Source: a cyanobacterium endosymbiont of Epithemia turgida isolate EtSB Lake Yunoko (GTDB lineage: Bacteria; Cyanobacteriota; Cyanobacteriia; Cyanobacteriales; Microcystaceae). Taken from it: 32,000 nt of DNA. Below, in pieces: positions 1 through 11,383 of this stretch. Below the pieces are notes generated by a model. It was not told the DNA's origin and did no database searches. It saw nothing but the letters and a program-made list of their open reading frames with translations. The translations under genes and the position numbers were made by a program. The stretch is taken from assembly GCF_000829235.1 (NCBI RefSeq), contig NZ_AP012549.1:1050001-1082000 (forward strand), read 5' to 3'. Positions within the stretch are counted from its first letter, which is position 1; every line of letters begins with the position of its first letter.

Positions 1-38
1 TAAAATCCTGTTATTGGCAAAAATCCGTTATTTGGTTA

Positions 39-1682
39 TTGTTAACAGGGCTTATACTACGTTTAATAATTGCTTTCTGGCTGCTTCCTGGTTATGACGA
101 AGGTTACTATTATCTATATACTCGCCATTTAGATTGGAGTTATTTTGATCATCCGCTATTAGTTGCTCTAACGACAAATTTTGGTGTTTGGATCACTGGT
201 ATCACGTCTCTTTTTACTCTACGTTTGGGAACAGTAATTTTATATACAGGGACTCTATGGTTACTATATTTAACTAGTGCTAGACTATTCGATCATCAAA
301 CTGCTAAATTAACTCTATCAATCGTCTCAGTAGTTCCTATTTTTAATGTAGGATTTGGGGTGATTACTCTTCCTGATAGTCCTTTAATCTTTTTTTGGAC
401 TGCAAGTTTATATTGTGCAGCTGTTGAGTTTTTTCCAAATTCTAATCGAAATTTCTATCCTACTTATCGCCTCGCTATTTTAGGAATTCTTGTGGGATTA
501 ACTTGTTTAGGTAAGTATCATGGATTTATATTAGGGTTAGGATTAATTGGATTTTGTTTAACCAGTCCTCCCCATCGCCGCGTCTTCCTATCGCGTTGGA
601 CAGGATTAGGGATTATATTATATATTTTAACTTTATTTCCCCTTTGGTTTTGGAATTTAAACCACGATTGGATTTCATTTCGTTTTCAATTATTAAATCG
701 TTTTGAATCTCCTCCAGAAGGAGAAATATCACCCTCAAGATACAGTTTATTTAATGTATTTTCTATTTTTTTGACAGAACTTGGTTTGCTATTTCCTACT
801 ATTGGTATTCCTTTATGGTGGGTTGTTTTAAGGTCAAGTTTATCTCAATTGATAAGATTATTTGATGATAACTTACATATAGTTTCAGGAAAATCACAGC
901 AGACATTCAGTGAGTACAATTTAGCTCAAAAACAATTATTTATTTTATGGGTTTCTCTTCCATTAATGCTAGGATTTACTCTGCTTGGCGGTAAACAACA
1001 AATTCTTGTTACTTGGCCAATTCCAGGGCTTTGGAGTGGGACTTTATTATTGGGATTTTATAGTATTCAATGGAAACAACAGTCATCCAATTTAATTCGA
1101 TGGTGGATTAGAGGAACAGGGATAATAACTACTATTATTTTACTCCTATTGCTACTTCATACAACAACAGGAACCTTTTATAAATCTAGCCAATATTCCC
1201 CTTTTGGTAATTTTTTGACTCCTAAAAACGATCCTACTAAGGAACTAATTGATATCGAACAATTGCGAAAGGTTTTTGCAGAATCTTCAGAACTTATGAA
1301 TGCTTTAGATGAAACGACTTTTATCTTTACTAATGCATATTACTTAGCTGGATTAATCGATTTAGCTTTGCGACCTTTAAAAAATATTCCTGTGACTTGT
1401 TTTAGTTATGATATGCGGGGATTTATTTTTTGGCATGATACTAATCAATGGGTCGGAAAAGATGGACTTTATATTACTTTAGAACAATTCCATAAGATGC
1501 CTCATTTAAAGAATGATTTTAGTCGTTACTTTGAAGAGTTTCAGGAGATTGGTACTGTTCCTATCAGTTTAGGAGGAGTGGTAGTTAATGTGTTTCATGT
1601 TTATAAAGCAAAGACTTTCCTTAAACCTTATTCCCTAGAAGAGTCTTTCTTATTTTATAAAAATCAGTCGCTAGTATTCTAA
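39..1682 (+). CDS. Polytopic membrane glycosyltransferase, ArnT/PMT-like (GT39/GT83 type); 5' end probably upstream of the window
   Basis: 547-codon ORF with many hydrophobic spans. The N-terminal LLPGYDEGYYYLYTRHLDWSYFDHPLL resembles the conserved first-loop DE-x-YY motif of lipid-linked sugar transferases. The frame stays open back to nt 3, so the TTG at 39 is probably not the true start. Confidence 0.7.
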   Translation: MLTGLILRLIIAFWLLPGYDEGYYYLYTRHLDWSYFDHPLLVALTTNFGVWITGITSLFTLRLGTVILYTGTLWLLYLTSARLFDHQTAKLTLSIVSVVPIFNVGFGVITLPDSPLIFFWTASLYCAAVEFFPNSNRNFYPTYRLAILGILVGLTCLGKYHGFILGLGLIGFCLTSPPHRRVFLSRWTGLGIILYILTLFPLWFWNLNHDWISFRFQLLNRFESPPEGEISPSRYSLFNVFSIFLTELGLLFPTIGIPLWWVVLRSSLSQLIRLFDDNLHIVSGKSQQTFSEYNLAQKQLFILWVSLPLMLGFTLLGGKQQILVTWPIPGLWSGTLLLGFYSIQWKQQSSNLIRWWIRGTGIITTIILLLLLLHTTTGTFYKSSQYSPFGNFLTPKNDPTKELIDIEQLRKVFAESSELMNALDETTFIFTNAYYLAGLIDLALRPLKNIPVTCFSYDMRGFIFWHDTNQWVGKDGLYITLEQFHKMPHLKNDFSRYFEEFQEIGTVPISLGGVVVNVFHVYKAKTFLKPYSLEESFLFYKNQSLVF

Positions 1683-1716
1683 ACAATATAGTTGATATTT
1701 AATCAATTAGATTATA

Positions 1717-1754
1717 AATATATATATAAGGAATAATTACTTATATATATATTT
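1717..1754 (+). terminator. Candidate intrinsic terminator or hairpin after the glycosyltransferase gene
   Basis: Perfect 15-bp inverted repeat AAATATATATATAAG / CTTATATATATATTT (1717-1731, 1740-1754) with an 8-nt loop, 35 nt past the stop, followed by TTATTTTT. The stem is almost pure A/T, so it is thermodynamically weak. Confidence 0.3.
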
Positions 1755-2426
1755 TATTTTTAAAGAAAAATAAAATATATATTAATTCTAGTCTAGAAAT
1801 TTAATTAAAGTAATAAACTAATACCTAGTAGTTGAAATAAAGTCTTAAAAAAATAATAGTATTACTTATTAATTACTAAATATTTTATAATATAAATCTT
1901 AAATATATAAGCGTTTTAACACTTTATTTTCTTATATTCGAGAACACGCAAAATAAATTAAAAATTTTTTTAAAAAAGTCTTGTTTTATTCTCGCTCAGG
2001 ATTAAAAGAGGTTTACTGTTGATCAAATCAGACTAAAAATGACAATCTTTCCTCAAAACTATTTTTTAACAAAAGGAGGTAATTAATTCTGATTATTTAT
2101 TTAACTAGTCGATAAAATTAAAAGTGAATAATTTATATTTAAAAATCGTATTCACATGTATTCTCTTAAAAAAAATTGAATTTATCTGCCAGTATTAATA
2201 ATTATAGGTCTCTAATAGTTGTAGAGTTTTAATTTTTGTTGAAACTTATTGAATTAATATCAAAGATAGGTTTAAAATCTGTTTTACAATATTTTAAGTT
2301 TTATTTAGATATACTAAAAATAGTACTTTTAACCCTAAATTAGTAAGTCGATAATAGGCAATTCTCAAAGGTAATATGTATTGGTAAAAAGCGTATTTTT
2401 TACTTTATTTTAATCAAAATTTGATT

Positions 2427-2473
2427 TTATCGAAACATAAGTTAATTAAATTAATTAACTTATGTTTCGATAA
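2427..2473. repeat. 47-bp perfect palindrome (23-bp arms, 1-nt centre) in the pds upstream region
   Basis: TTTATCGAAACATAAGTTAATTAA A TTAATTAACTTATGTTTCGATAAA. Arms 2427-2449 and 2451-2473 are exact reverse complements. It lies about 240 nt upstream of the pds ATG. Confidence 0.9.
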
Positions 2474-2714
2474 TTTTTTAGTCATAAAAATCTTTCCAAG
2501 TCTACAATAAATTCAACAAAAAACCAAAAATTTATTTTGTCACTAAATCATTTTAAGATGATAAATGTTGGCGTTTGTGTATTTTAGTGTATCTACTGAT
2601 TTCCATTCATAAATTCTGACTGATAAAAATTTTAAAATTTTTAAAAATTGTAACGAAATGCAACGTACAATGAGAATAATTGTGAACACACCTATCAAAA
2701 CGAGAAGATTATAG

Positions 2715-4109
<1,395 letters not shown>

Positions 4110-4123
4110 TCTAGGCAATTCAA

Positions 4124-4168
4124 AAAAATATTAATTAGTTTAAATAAATTAAACTAATTAATATTTTT
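4124..4168 (+). terminator. Candidate intrinsic terminator of pds
   Basis: Perfect 19-bp inverted repeat AAAAATATTAATTAGTTTA / TAAACTAATTAATATTTTT (4124-4142, 4150-4168) with a 7-nt loop, starting 15 nt after the pds stop. The distal arm ends in TTTTT. The stem is A/T-rich. Confidence 0.4.
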
Positions 4169-4301
4169 AGTAAAATTTTAGTGACTTAAACTAATGACAA
4201 TAAGCTCATTATAATGCGACAATAAATACTGAATATCTAACGGTCAACCATTTAGGTAAAGCCCCTTTTTTTTCTATAAACAATCATTCTGCTTGTGCTG
4301 A

Positions 4302-5234
4302 ATGCTGCAACTGCCTGAACCATCCAGAATCAAAAAAAAACTCGTCTCTTTGACGGAATCTTACGAACTCTGTCGCCAAATTACGGCAAAGTTTTCCAAA
4401 ACATTTTATCTAGGAACATTGTTAATGCCTCCCGAAAAGCGTCAAGCAATTTGGGCAATCTATGTTTGGTGCCGTCGCACTGATGAATTAGTTGATGGAT
4501 TCCAAACTCAATTGACAACCGTAGAAACCTTACAACATTGGGAGAGACATTTGGAGATGATATTTTCAGGTTGTCCTTTTGATAATGAGGATGTAGCCCT
4601 AGTTGATACTCTCCAGCACTTTCCTCTTAAAATTGAACCATTTCAGGAAATGATTGCAGGACAAAAGATGGATCTGTATCATAGTCGGTATGAAACTTTT
4701 GAAGAATTACGACTGTACTGTTACCGTGTAGCTGGAACGGTGGGGTTGATGTCCAGTTCGGTGTTAGGAATCAATGAAAATAAGTGCAGCACTTTTTGGC
4801 AAGAGAATCAGTGCCATTATATTCCCAAAGAAGAAGCAATCGCCCTCGGAATTGCCAACCAATTAACTAATATTCTACGGGATGTGGGAGAAGATGCCCA
4901 AAGGGGACGAATTTATCTTCCTCTAGAAGATTTAGAACAATTTAATTACACTCAAGAAGATTTATTAGAGGGTGTTATTGACGAACGGTGGTGTAACCTA
5001 ATGCGTTTTGAAATTAAACGCGCCCGCCAATATTATCGGGATGCCGAACGAGGAATTCGTTTTCTATGTCAAGATTCTCGTTGGCCAGTATGGGCAGCAT
5101 TGATGCTCTATCAAAGTATTTTAAACGTGATAGAAGCTAATAACTACGATGTGTTTACCAAACGGGCCTTTGTTAGGACTCCTAAGAAAATACTTTATCT
5201 TCCAGTGGCTTGGTTACGTGCACAAGTTCTTTGA
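4302..5234 (+). CDS. crtB: Phytoene synthase
   Basis: 310 aa. YELCRQITAKFSKTFYLGTLLMPPEKRQAIWAIYVWCRRTDELVDG and YCYRVAGTVGLM...LTNILRDVGEDAQRGRIYLP match the two Asp-rich squalene/phytoene synthase motifs. Sits downstream of pds. Confidence 0.95.
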   Translation: MLQLPEPSRIKKKLVSLTESYELCRQITAKFSKTFYLGTLLMPPEKRQAIWAIYVWCRRTDELVDGFQTQLTTVETLQHWERHLEMIFSGCPFDNEDVALVDTLQHFPLKIEPFQEMIAGQKMDLYHSRYETFEELRLYCYRVAGTVGLMSSSVLGINENKCSTFWQENQCHYIPKEEAIALGIANQLTNILRDVGEDAQRGRIYLPLEDLEQFNYTQEDLLEGVIDERWCNLMRFEIKRARQYYRDAERGIRFLCQDSRWPVWAALMLYQSILNVIEANNYDVFTKRAFVRTPKKILYLPVAWLRAQVL

Positions 5235-5307
5235 AGTATTGTACATCCTAGAGAAATTTTATGAGCATTGAATTACATAGACAAACAATTAACAGTTAAC
5301 CATAAAT

Positions 5308-5698
5308 ACATTCCATAGATATTTTTAATAGAAACTAAGAATAAGACCAATCAACTCAATAACTAGCAGGGCGTTTTAAAGTCAATTATATTTGGTTATG
5401 GTGTTATCGATTATTTCCTTAGACGTTATGAAACAATATAAAACCATTTTTCATGAACGAGAAAAATATCCTTGAATTTAAGACAGAACAACTTGATGTC
5501 GTAGAACAATTGCTAGAATAAGATGACGATGCAACTCTACAAAAACTAAATACTCGCTTATGTGAGAAAATAGATGTTACAAGCAGTATTTATGCCAGGT
5601 GCCGTTTGAGCCAAAAATTCAAGTTAACCTGAAGAAAAACACTTCAGGCTTTAAAATCTTATGGATGTAAAGTGCCAGTCTTGAAGCGAAAATATTAA
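5308..5698 (+). mobile_element. Decayed IS630-family-like insertion sequence: end region plus N-terminal transposase remnant with in-frame stops
   Basis: 5456-5698 hand-translates to NEKNILEFKTEQLDVVEQLLE*DDDATLQKLNTRLCEKIDVTSSIYARCRLSQKFKLT*RKTLQALKSYGCKVPVLKRKY*. This resembles the HTH N-terminus of IS630/Tc1-mariner-type transposases (DATL.EL...L.E....VS.STI.R.L.KL..T.KKKTL.A). 5308-5422 is repeated in inverted orientation at 29708-29823. Confidence 0.5.
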
Positions 5699-5880
5699 AC
5701 GACACCTAGACAACCCAAATTTTCAGACCTAATTTTTATTGACAAATTTATATTAACTAAATCTTAATATTAAGATAAGCACTAGTGCAACTGTATAGAT
5801 CGCTTTAAAACTATTTCCCTCCAGCAAATCTAATTAACTTAGACCATGGATTAACTATGATATATCAGATTAACAACTCC

Positions 5881-5918
5881 TGTGGCTATCTTTGATATTT
5901 AAGTCAAAGATAGCCACA
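5881..5918. repeat. Perfect 15-bp inverted repeat (hairpin) with 8-nt loop
   Basis: TGTGGCTATCTTTGA (5881-5895) / TCAAAGATAGCCACA (5904-5918). Lies between the IS remnant and the M16 pseudogene. Confidence 0.85.
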
Positions 5919-6126
5919 GTTGAGCCAGATCATTGGTCAAGTACTGAAGAGGTATTAGCTAAAGCCCAACATGTATTATGTCATAATCATATTTTTTCCA
6001 CGAAACCTCCAAGTCAATTGGCAGTATTATACGGCTACTGTCATACTATTTTCTCAGTTAAATTCTCTTTGGACCAAACCATCTAAGAAGTATCATTAAA
6101 GTATTTTTAGTCTCAGAATTACAGCA

Positions 6127-7420
6127 GTGCAAGCATGTTCATTCTCCAAAAGTTTTATATACAATATGCAAAAGGTTCAAGGGACAAACAGCCAGCAATC
6201 ACCTTATTATCTAAAATTAGACAATGGAATAACAATTATTTTAAGAGAAAACCTCACAGCAGATTTGATTTCAGGTATAATTTTTCTAAAGAACGCCGAA
6301 TGCTTATGGAAAGCGAGATAAACCCTGGACTCTTCCATCTTTTAACTACGTTAATTACCAAAGTAACTGATAATTTATCTTCAGTAGAAATTGCTGAAGC
6401 AGTTGAATATATTGGAGCCAGTTTAGGATTTAATTAGGATCTTATACCACTGCTGACTATTTAGTAATAGAGATACAAACCGTTTTTTTATTTTCAGGAA
6501 ATGTTAGCGTTAGTAGGAAAAATGTTGCAAGTACCAATTTTTTCTAAAGTGACTGTGGCTTAAAAAAAACCTAATTTTTCAAAGGATTTGGTTTCAACAA
6601 GAACAACTTTTGAATATAGCTTTTAATCAGTTACCAGCAGCTATTTATAGAGATCATCGTTATGGAACTCCTATTTGAGGGAAAGAGGAGACCGTTACAA
6701 ATTTGACTAAGGAAGATTTACCGCATCATCAGAATCACTTTCATCCCAATAATTTAATTATTAGTTTATCAGGGTTTTTAAATATCGATTAGGCTGTTTT
6801 TGAGGGTAAAAAACCTTTAGTAGGTCAATTCTTTATGATCATTTAAGTATACTTACTTTATATAAGTTTAAAGTTTGTCCCTGTGAGAAATTTACTTTCC
6901 AAACAACTCAACAATCCATCATTATGTTAGGGGATTTAGCTCCAGAAGCACACAGTCTTGATTATAATGTTTTGAAATTATTAAGTACCTATCTAGGCAA
7001 TGGGTAATCGAGTTATTTATCTATGTAATTGCGGGAAAAATAAGGATTAACTTATTATGTTTTGGCAATTAATCTTACTTGTTTGAAATCATCTCAATTT
7101 ATCGTTTATATAGAAACTGCTGCTCACAACACTACTATTGCCATTGAACAATTGCAACAAGAAACTAAACATTGATCGTATCAGGAACTAACTCCCCAGA
7201 AATTAAACTATACCCAGAATAAGCTCCTAGGACAATATACATTAGGTAAACAAACTAATTCAGAAATAGCTAACTTATATGGCTGGCATGAAATTTTGGT
7301 ATTAGGAATAAAATTTGCTCAGGATTTTCAATATTAAATTAACCAAATAACTTAAAAAATGATACAAATACTTTCTGATATATATTCACTTTTTTTTATA
7401 TTGATGGCGTATTACTTAAT
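6127..7420 (+). pseudogene. M16-family (pitrilysin/insulinase-type) processing peptidase pseudogene with multiple frameshifts and in-frame stops
   Basis: Collinear fragments in shifting frames: YYLKLDNGITIILRENLTADLISG; GLFHLLTTLITKVTDNLSSVEIAEAVEYIGASLGFN*; AFNQLPAAIYRDHRYGTPI*GKEETVTNLTKEDLPHHQNHFHPNNLIISLSG; QQSIIMLGDLAPEAHSLDYNVLKLLSTYLGNG*; FIVYIETAAHNTTIAIEQLQQE; KLLGQYTLGKQTNSEIANLYGWHEILVLGIKF; INQIT*KMIQILSDIY. The order matches the M16 domain order. Confidence 0.8.
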
Positions 7421-7753
7421 ACTGTAGAACCCAATAATTAATTGTTAAAATAATTACTTATAGTTGAATTTAATAAATCATTAAAAATACTTTTAATCAT
7501 CAAAATTAAACTGTAGTACATGGGTAAAATTTTACAAAATTTCTTCTACTTTATTTTATAGATATAATTTTAAATATTCTATTGTTAAATAGGGTTTAAA
7601 TAATTTATGAAGAAATTATCTTTGTATTTTAGTATTTGGAGAGGACCTAATCATACTCCTAGTATCGATGATAAAAGTCGCCACAAGAAAAGATGAGGTG
7701 TGTGAGAAGATAGAGAAGGACATTGAATATCTGATTTGTTAATTCACTCGGTT

Positions 7754-8695
7754 ATGCAATCCTATACTTTAATTGCTCCAGCCAAAATAAATTTGTATCT
7801 AGAAATCATTCATGATCGTCCAGATGGTTATCATGAATTGGTAATGATTCTTCAAAGTATTGATTTAGCTGATCGTTTAGAAATTCGTTCCCATGGAACT
7901 CAAGACTTTCGTTTAACTTGTTCCCACCCTCAAGTTCCCACTAATGAGACCAATTTAGCTTACCGTGCGGCACAATTGATGAAACTTGAATTTAGTGAAG
8001 CTTTTGCTAACTATGGGGGAGTTGATATAACAATAAATAAGCGTATTCCTGTGGCTGCCGGATTAGCTGGAGGCTCAACTAATGCGGCAGCAGTATTAGT
8101 CGGGTTAAATTTAATCTGGGAATTAGGGTTGACTATACCTCAATTACAACGGTTAGGAGAAAAATTAGGATCGGATGTTCCTTTTTGTATTGCCGGAGGC
8201 ACTGTGGTCGCTACGGGAAGAGGAGAAAAATTAGTTCCAATAGGAGATCTTGATAGTTTATGGGTGGTATTAGGGAAATACCAAAGCTTAGCGGTCTCTA
8301 CTTCTCGGGCTTATCAAACTTATTGGCAGCAATTTAGCCATGAATATGTTAGTGATCGCGCCGTAGTCAACTCTCGAATATTTAGAGTTTATTCCGGCCC
8401 TTTGGTTCAAGCTATTAGTCAAAAAAATAGCCAGAAAATTGGTCAATTATTACATAATGATTTAGAAAAAGTAGTTTTACCTGAATATTCCCAAGTTATG
8501 AAGTTAAAAAAAATATTACAACAAACAGGGGGATTGGGAACGATGATGTCAGGATCAGGCCCAACGATATTTACTTTGTGTCAATCTCAACAAGAAGCTG
8601 AAAATATTAAATATCAAGCTAGACAAGCTATTTGTGATCCTAATTTAGAATTATTAATAACAAAGTTATCAAGTAGAGGAATTCAAATTATTTAA
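7754..8695 (+). CDS. ispE: 4-diphosphocytidyl-2-C-methyl-D-erythritol kinase (MEP pathway)
   Basis: MQSYTLIAPAKINLYLEI..RPDGYHEL and the GHMP-kinase motif PVAAGLAGGSTNAAAVL. The ORF is open from a TTG at 7736, but the ATG at 7754 gives the conventional N-terminus. Confidence 0.92.
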   Translation: MQSYTLIAPAKINLYLEIIHDRPDGYHELVMILQSIDLADRLEIRSHGTQDFRLTCSHPQVPTNETNLAYRAAQLMKLEFSEAFANYGGVDITINKRIPVAAGLAGGSTNAAAVLVGLNLIWELGLTIPQLQRLGEKLGSDVPFCIAGGTVVATGRGEKLVPIGDLDSLWVVLGKYQSLAVSTSRAYQTYWQQFSHEYVSDRAVVNSRIFRVYSGPLVQAISQKNSQKIGQLLHNDLEKVVLPEYSQVMKLKKILQQTGGLGTMMSGSGPTIFTLCQSQQEAENIKYQARQAICDPNLELLITKLSSRGIQII

Positions 8696-8978
8696 GTTCA
8701 AACAACAAGCCCTATAAAAGCAAACTACCTTCTAGCTTACGAATTTTTATCAATAAGTGTCTATTTATATTTAATAGGATCAGTTTTCATCTCAAATCTT
8801 CAATCCCAAAAACTAATTATATTTGGGTAGGGATCAAGTCTGGGTAACAAATAAACCAGCAAAACATCTATAGTTTTTGTCATTCCTCCCTTACCTTGAT
8901 CTTGAGCGAAAGAAGGTGACAACCATGGAAAAATGGTTAAGATAGAGCCAGTAAGCGACATAATCTCCACCGCAATCC

Positions 8979-10232
8979 ATGAATTCTCCTTTAGATGATG
9001 CCCCTAACCCCATAATTCGTTCTGTACAGTATCGAGATTTAGATTCTATAGAACATTTGATTGTTCAAATAGCCCAAGAACAGCCAGATTCAAATCTTAC
9101 TGTGTCTATTCAACAATTACAACAAGCACGGCGTTGGTTTGGACTTCTTAAATTCTTGAGTTGGTTTCCTAACTTGTTCCAACACCATTTTTGTGTTTAT
9201 ATTGCTGAACCAAAAACACTACTAAATCAAGGAACAGAGCGATTACAAGGGTTTATTCAAATTAGTCCCTTTAATAGGGATCGCAGTACCTGGTGTGTAG
9301 AACGAGTGGTGATTAACAATCAAGATTCTCAACCCCAGTTGATGACTGATTCTAAAGGAGTGGGCTCTCAACTATTGCGCCACTGTTTTGAAACCATTTG
9401 GGAAGCCAGAACTTGGGTTTTAGAGGTCAATATCAACCAAAAAAGTACCCTTGCTCTCTATCGTCAGAATGGCTTTCAACCCTTGGCTCAATTAACATAT
9501 TGGTCTTTAACACCGAAATTACTGCAAGAACTTGCCCTAGGAGACTCCGATTTTCCCAACCTGTTACCGGTGAGTAATGCCGATGCTCATCTACTTTATC
9601 AGCTTGACTGCGTTTCCATGCCACCTCTGTTACGTCAAGTTTTTGATCGCCACCTCCTTGATTTTAAGACTCCATTTTTGGCGGGGTTAGTCTCTAAGTT
9701 TCGACAATGGTACGACCACACTGATGTTGCCCAAATATATGTGTTTGAACCTCAGCGTAAGGCAGCTGTTGGCTATTTTAAACTAATTTTATGTGACAAT
9801 GGGTCTAGCCCTCATCAAGCTAAGTTAACGGTGCATCCAGCTTACACTTGGCTTTATCCAAAGTTGTTCACAAAAATGGCACAGATTGTACAGAATTTCC
9901 CATCCCAAAGCTTAGAGTTGGTTTCGACAGATTATCAGCATGAACGCGAAGAGTATCTCGAAAAATTGGGAGCGCAACGTAATCAACACACTCTGTTGAT
10001 GTCCCGTTCAGTATGGCATAAACTCAAAGAGGCTAAGCCTGAAGGACTACATTTATCAGAGATGTTACAAGGATTACAGGCAGTTCCTCGGACTCCTATT
10101 CCTAGTCGAATGTCTTGGTTTAACATATCTTTTAATTCCTCAGAAAAAAACTTTAATTCACATAATGGAAAAAAATCTAGACATAAGCTACAAATTCTAG
10201 GAGAATCTTCTGAGTTTAATGATGAGCCGTAG
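8979..10232 (+). CDS. GNAT-family N-acetyltransferase domain protein with a long C-terminal extension
   Basis: 417 aa. GVGSQLLRHCFETIWEARTWVLEVNINQKSTLALYRQNGFQPLAQLTYW resembles the acetyl-CoA-binding core (Q/RxxGxG/A ... N..A..LY...GF) of GNAT enzymes. The rest is unassigned. Confidence 0.6.
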   Translation: MNSPLDDAPNPIIRSVQYRDLDSIEHLIVQIAQEQPDSNLTVSIQQLQQARRWFGLLKFLSWFPNLFQHHFCVYIAEPKTLLNQGTERLQGFIQISPFNRDRSTWCVERVVINNQDSQPQLMTDSKGVGSQLLRHCFETIWEARTWVLEVNINQKSTLALYRQNGFQPLAQLTYWSLTPKLLQELALGDSDFPNLLPVSNADAHLLYQLDCVSMPPLLRQVFDRHLLDFKTPFLAGLVSKFRQWYDHTDVAQIYVFEPQRKAAVGYFKLILCDNGSSPHQAKLTVHPAYTWLYPKLFTKMAQIVQNFPSQSLELVSTDYQHEREEYLEKLGAQRNQHTLLMSRSVWHKLKEAKPEGLHLSEMLQGLQAVPRTPIPSRMSWFNISFNSSEKNFNSHNGKKSRHKLQILGESSEFNDEP

Positions 10233-10334
10233 AAGTATTAGGATCAGAAAGCTCACTTTAATCAGTAAACGAGCTGATGGGAAAATATTTTAACTTCTCT
10301 CTTCTGGCTTACTTAATATAATTAGATCTAATTA

Positions 10335-10787
10335 ATGATGAAACGAATTTCGGCCTTAGGATTAGATATCGGTAAAAAGCGAATTGGGGTAGCTGGATGC
10401 GATGGAACTGGGTTAATTGCAACGGGGTTGACAACAATTCACCGTACTTCGTTTTGGGAAGATATTCAACAGCTTCAACAATTGATTCACCAACGGGAAG
10501 CACAATTATTAGTTGTAGGACTTCCTTATAATATGAATGGAAGCTTAGGATTTCAAGCTAAGCAAGTACAAAAATTTACATTGCGTATTTCTCAACCCTT
10601 ACAATTACCAGTGGAGTATGTCGATGAACGATTAACCTCTATTGAGGCTACTGTACAACTCAAGGCACAAAAACGGTTTTCTACTTGGGATAAGGGGGCA
10701 ATTGATCGTCAAGCTGCTTGCATTATTTTGCAACAGTGGTTGGATTATAAGTGTTCAAGAGTAGGCAACAATCAGAATTTGACTTGA
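10335..10787 (+). CDS. ruvX: YqgF/RuvX-family putative pre-16S rRNA nuclease (Holliday junction resolvase-like)
   Basis: 150 aa. ISALGLDIGKKRIGVAGCD...LLVVGLPYNMNGSLGFQAKQVQKF...YVDERLTS is the canonical YqgF pattern. Confidence 0.9.
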   Translation: MMKRISALGLDIGKKRIGVAGCDGTGLIATGLTTIHRTSFWEDIQQLQQLIHQREAQLLVVGLPYNMNGSLGFQAKQVQKFTLRISQPLQLPVEYVDERLTSIEATVQLKAQKRFSTWDKGAIDRQAACIILQQWLDYKCSRVGNNQNLT

Positions 10788-11383
10788 GTAGAACTCAGTC
10801 AATCCAAGGCTATTTTAAATCACTTTTTGGTACTTTGTGAATTCTCATCAAGTAGAGCGTTAGTGAGGGCTACATAGTTAATTGATAGTTAGTATTCAAT
10901 CCAAATAGAATTATTTCTTGGAATTAAGTATAAGTCTACTTTAGAGCATTTAAACTAAAATATGGTCTACTTATTTATTAAAATATTTGCTCATTACCGA
11001 ACAATTCCAAGTTAGTCTAATACATAGCAATTACCTTGTCTTTTCTAGACAAAATATATTTTACGTAGTTTGTTAATGTATAATTTTCACTATGTATAAA
11101 TATACAAAATAGTACACGTAATTTATATGCATCAAAATTTCGAAAAAACTTTGTAGTATTGTTTAAGTCAGCAAAAGCTTCTAGATAAAGTATCATAGTG
11201 GTGCTTGACATTAAAACTTTTTAACGATGACTTATGTTATGCCGATCAATGGCACAATTATATTTAAGCTATCTGTAATAATCAACATTTTTCACTTGTT
11301 CTCGACCTCGCTATTAATAAATGTTATAAATAATAACTTTATCGAATTAAACATTTGATCGGCGTCAGAGTCCACAATAATAC

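Noticed and set aside
2148-2161. NtcA-like site GTA-N8-TAT upstream of pds
   Set aside because: It is an imperfect match (TAT rather than TAC), lies about 560 nt from the start codon with no properly spaced -10 box, and is expected by chance in such AT-rich DNA.
5892-6437. Three short ORFs (5892-6086, 6127-6321, 6135-6437) listed as separate proteins
   Set aside because: 6127-6321 and 6135-6437 are two frames of the same frameshifted M16 peptidase pseudogene. 5892-6086 starts inside a hairpin and has no recognisable family. None is treated as a functional gene.
11017-11211. 64-aa minus-strand ORF in the ruvX-pepP spacer
   Set aside because: The product is AT-rich, low-complexity and Lys/Phe/Tyr/Asn-heavy. 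There is no RBS and nothing recognisable. It is likely a chance ORF.
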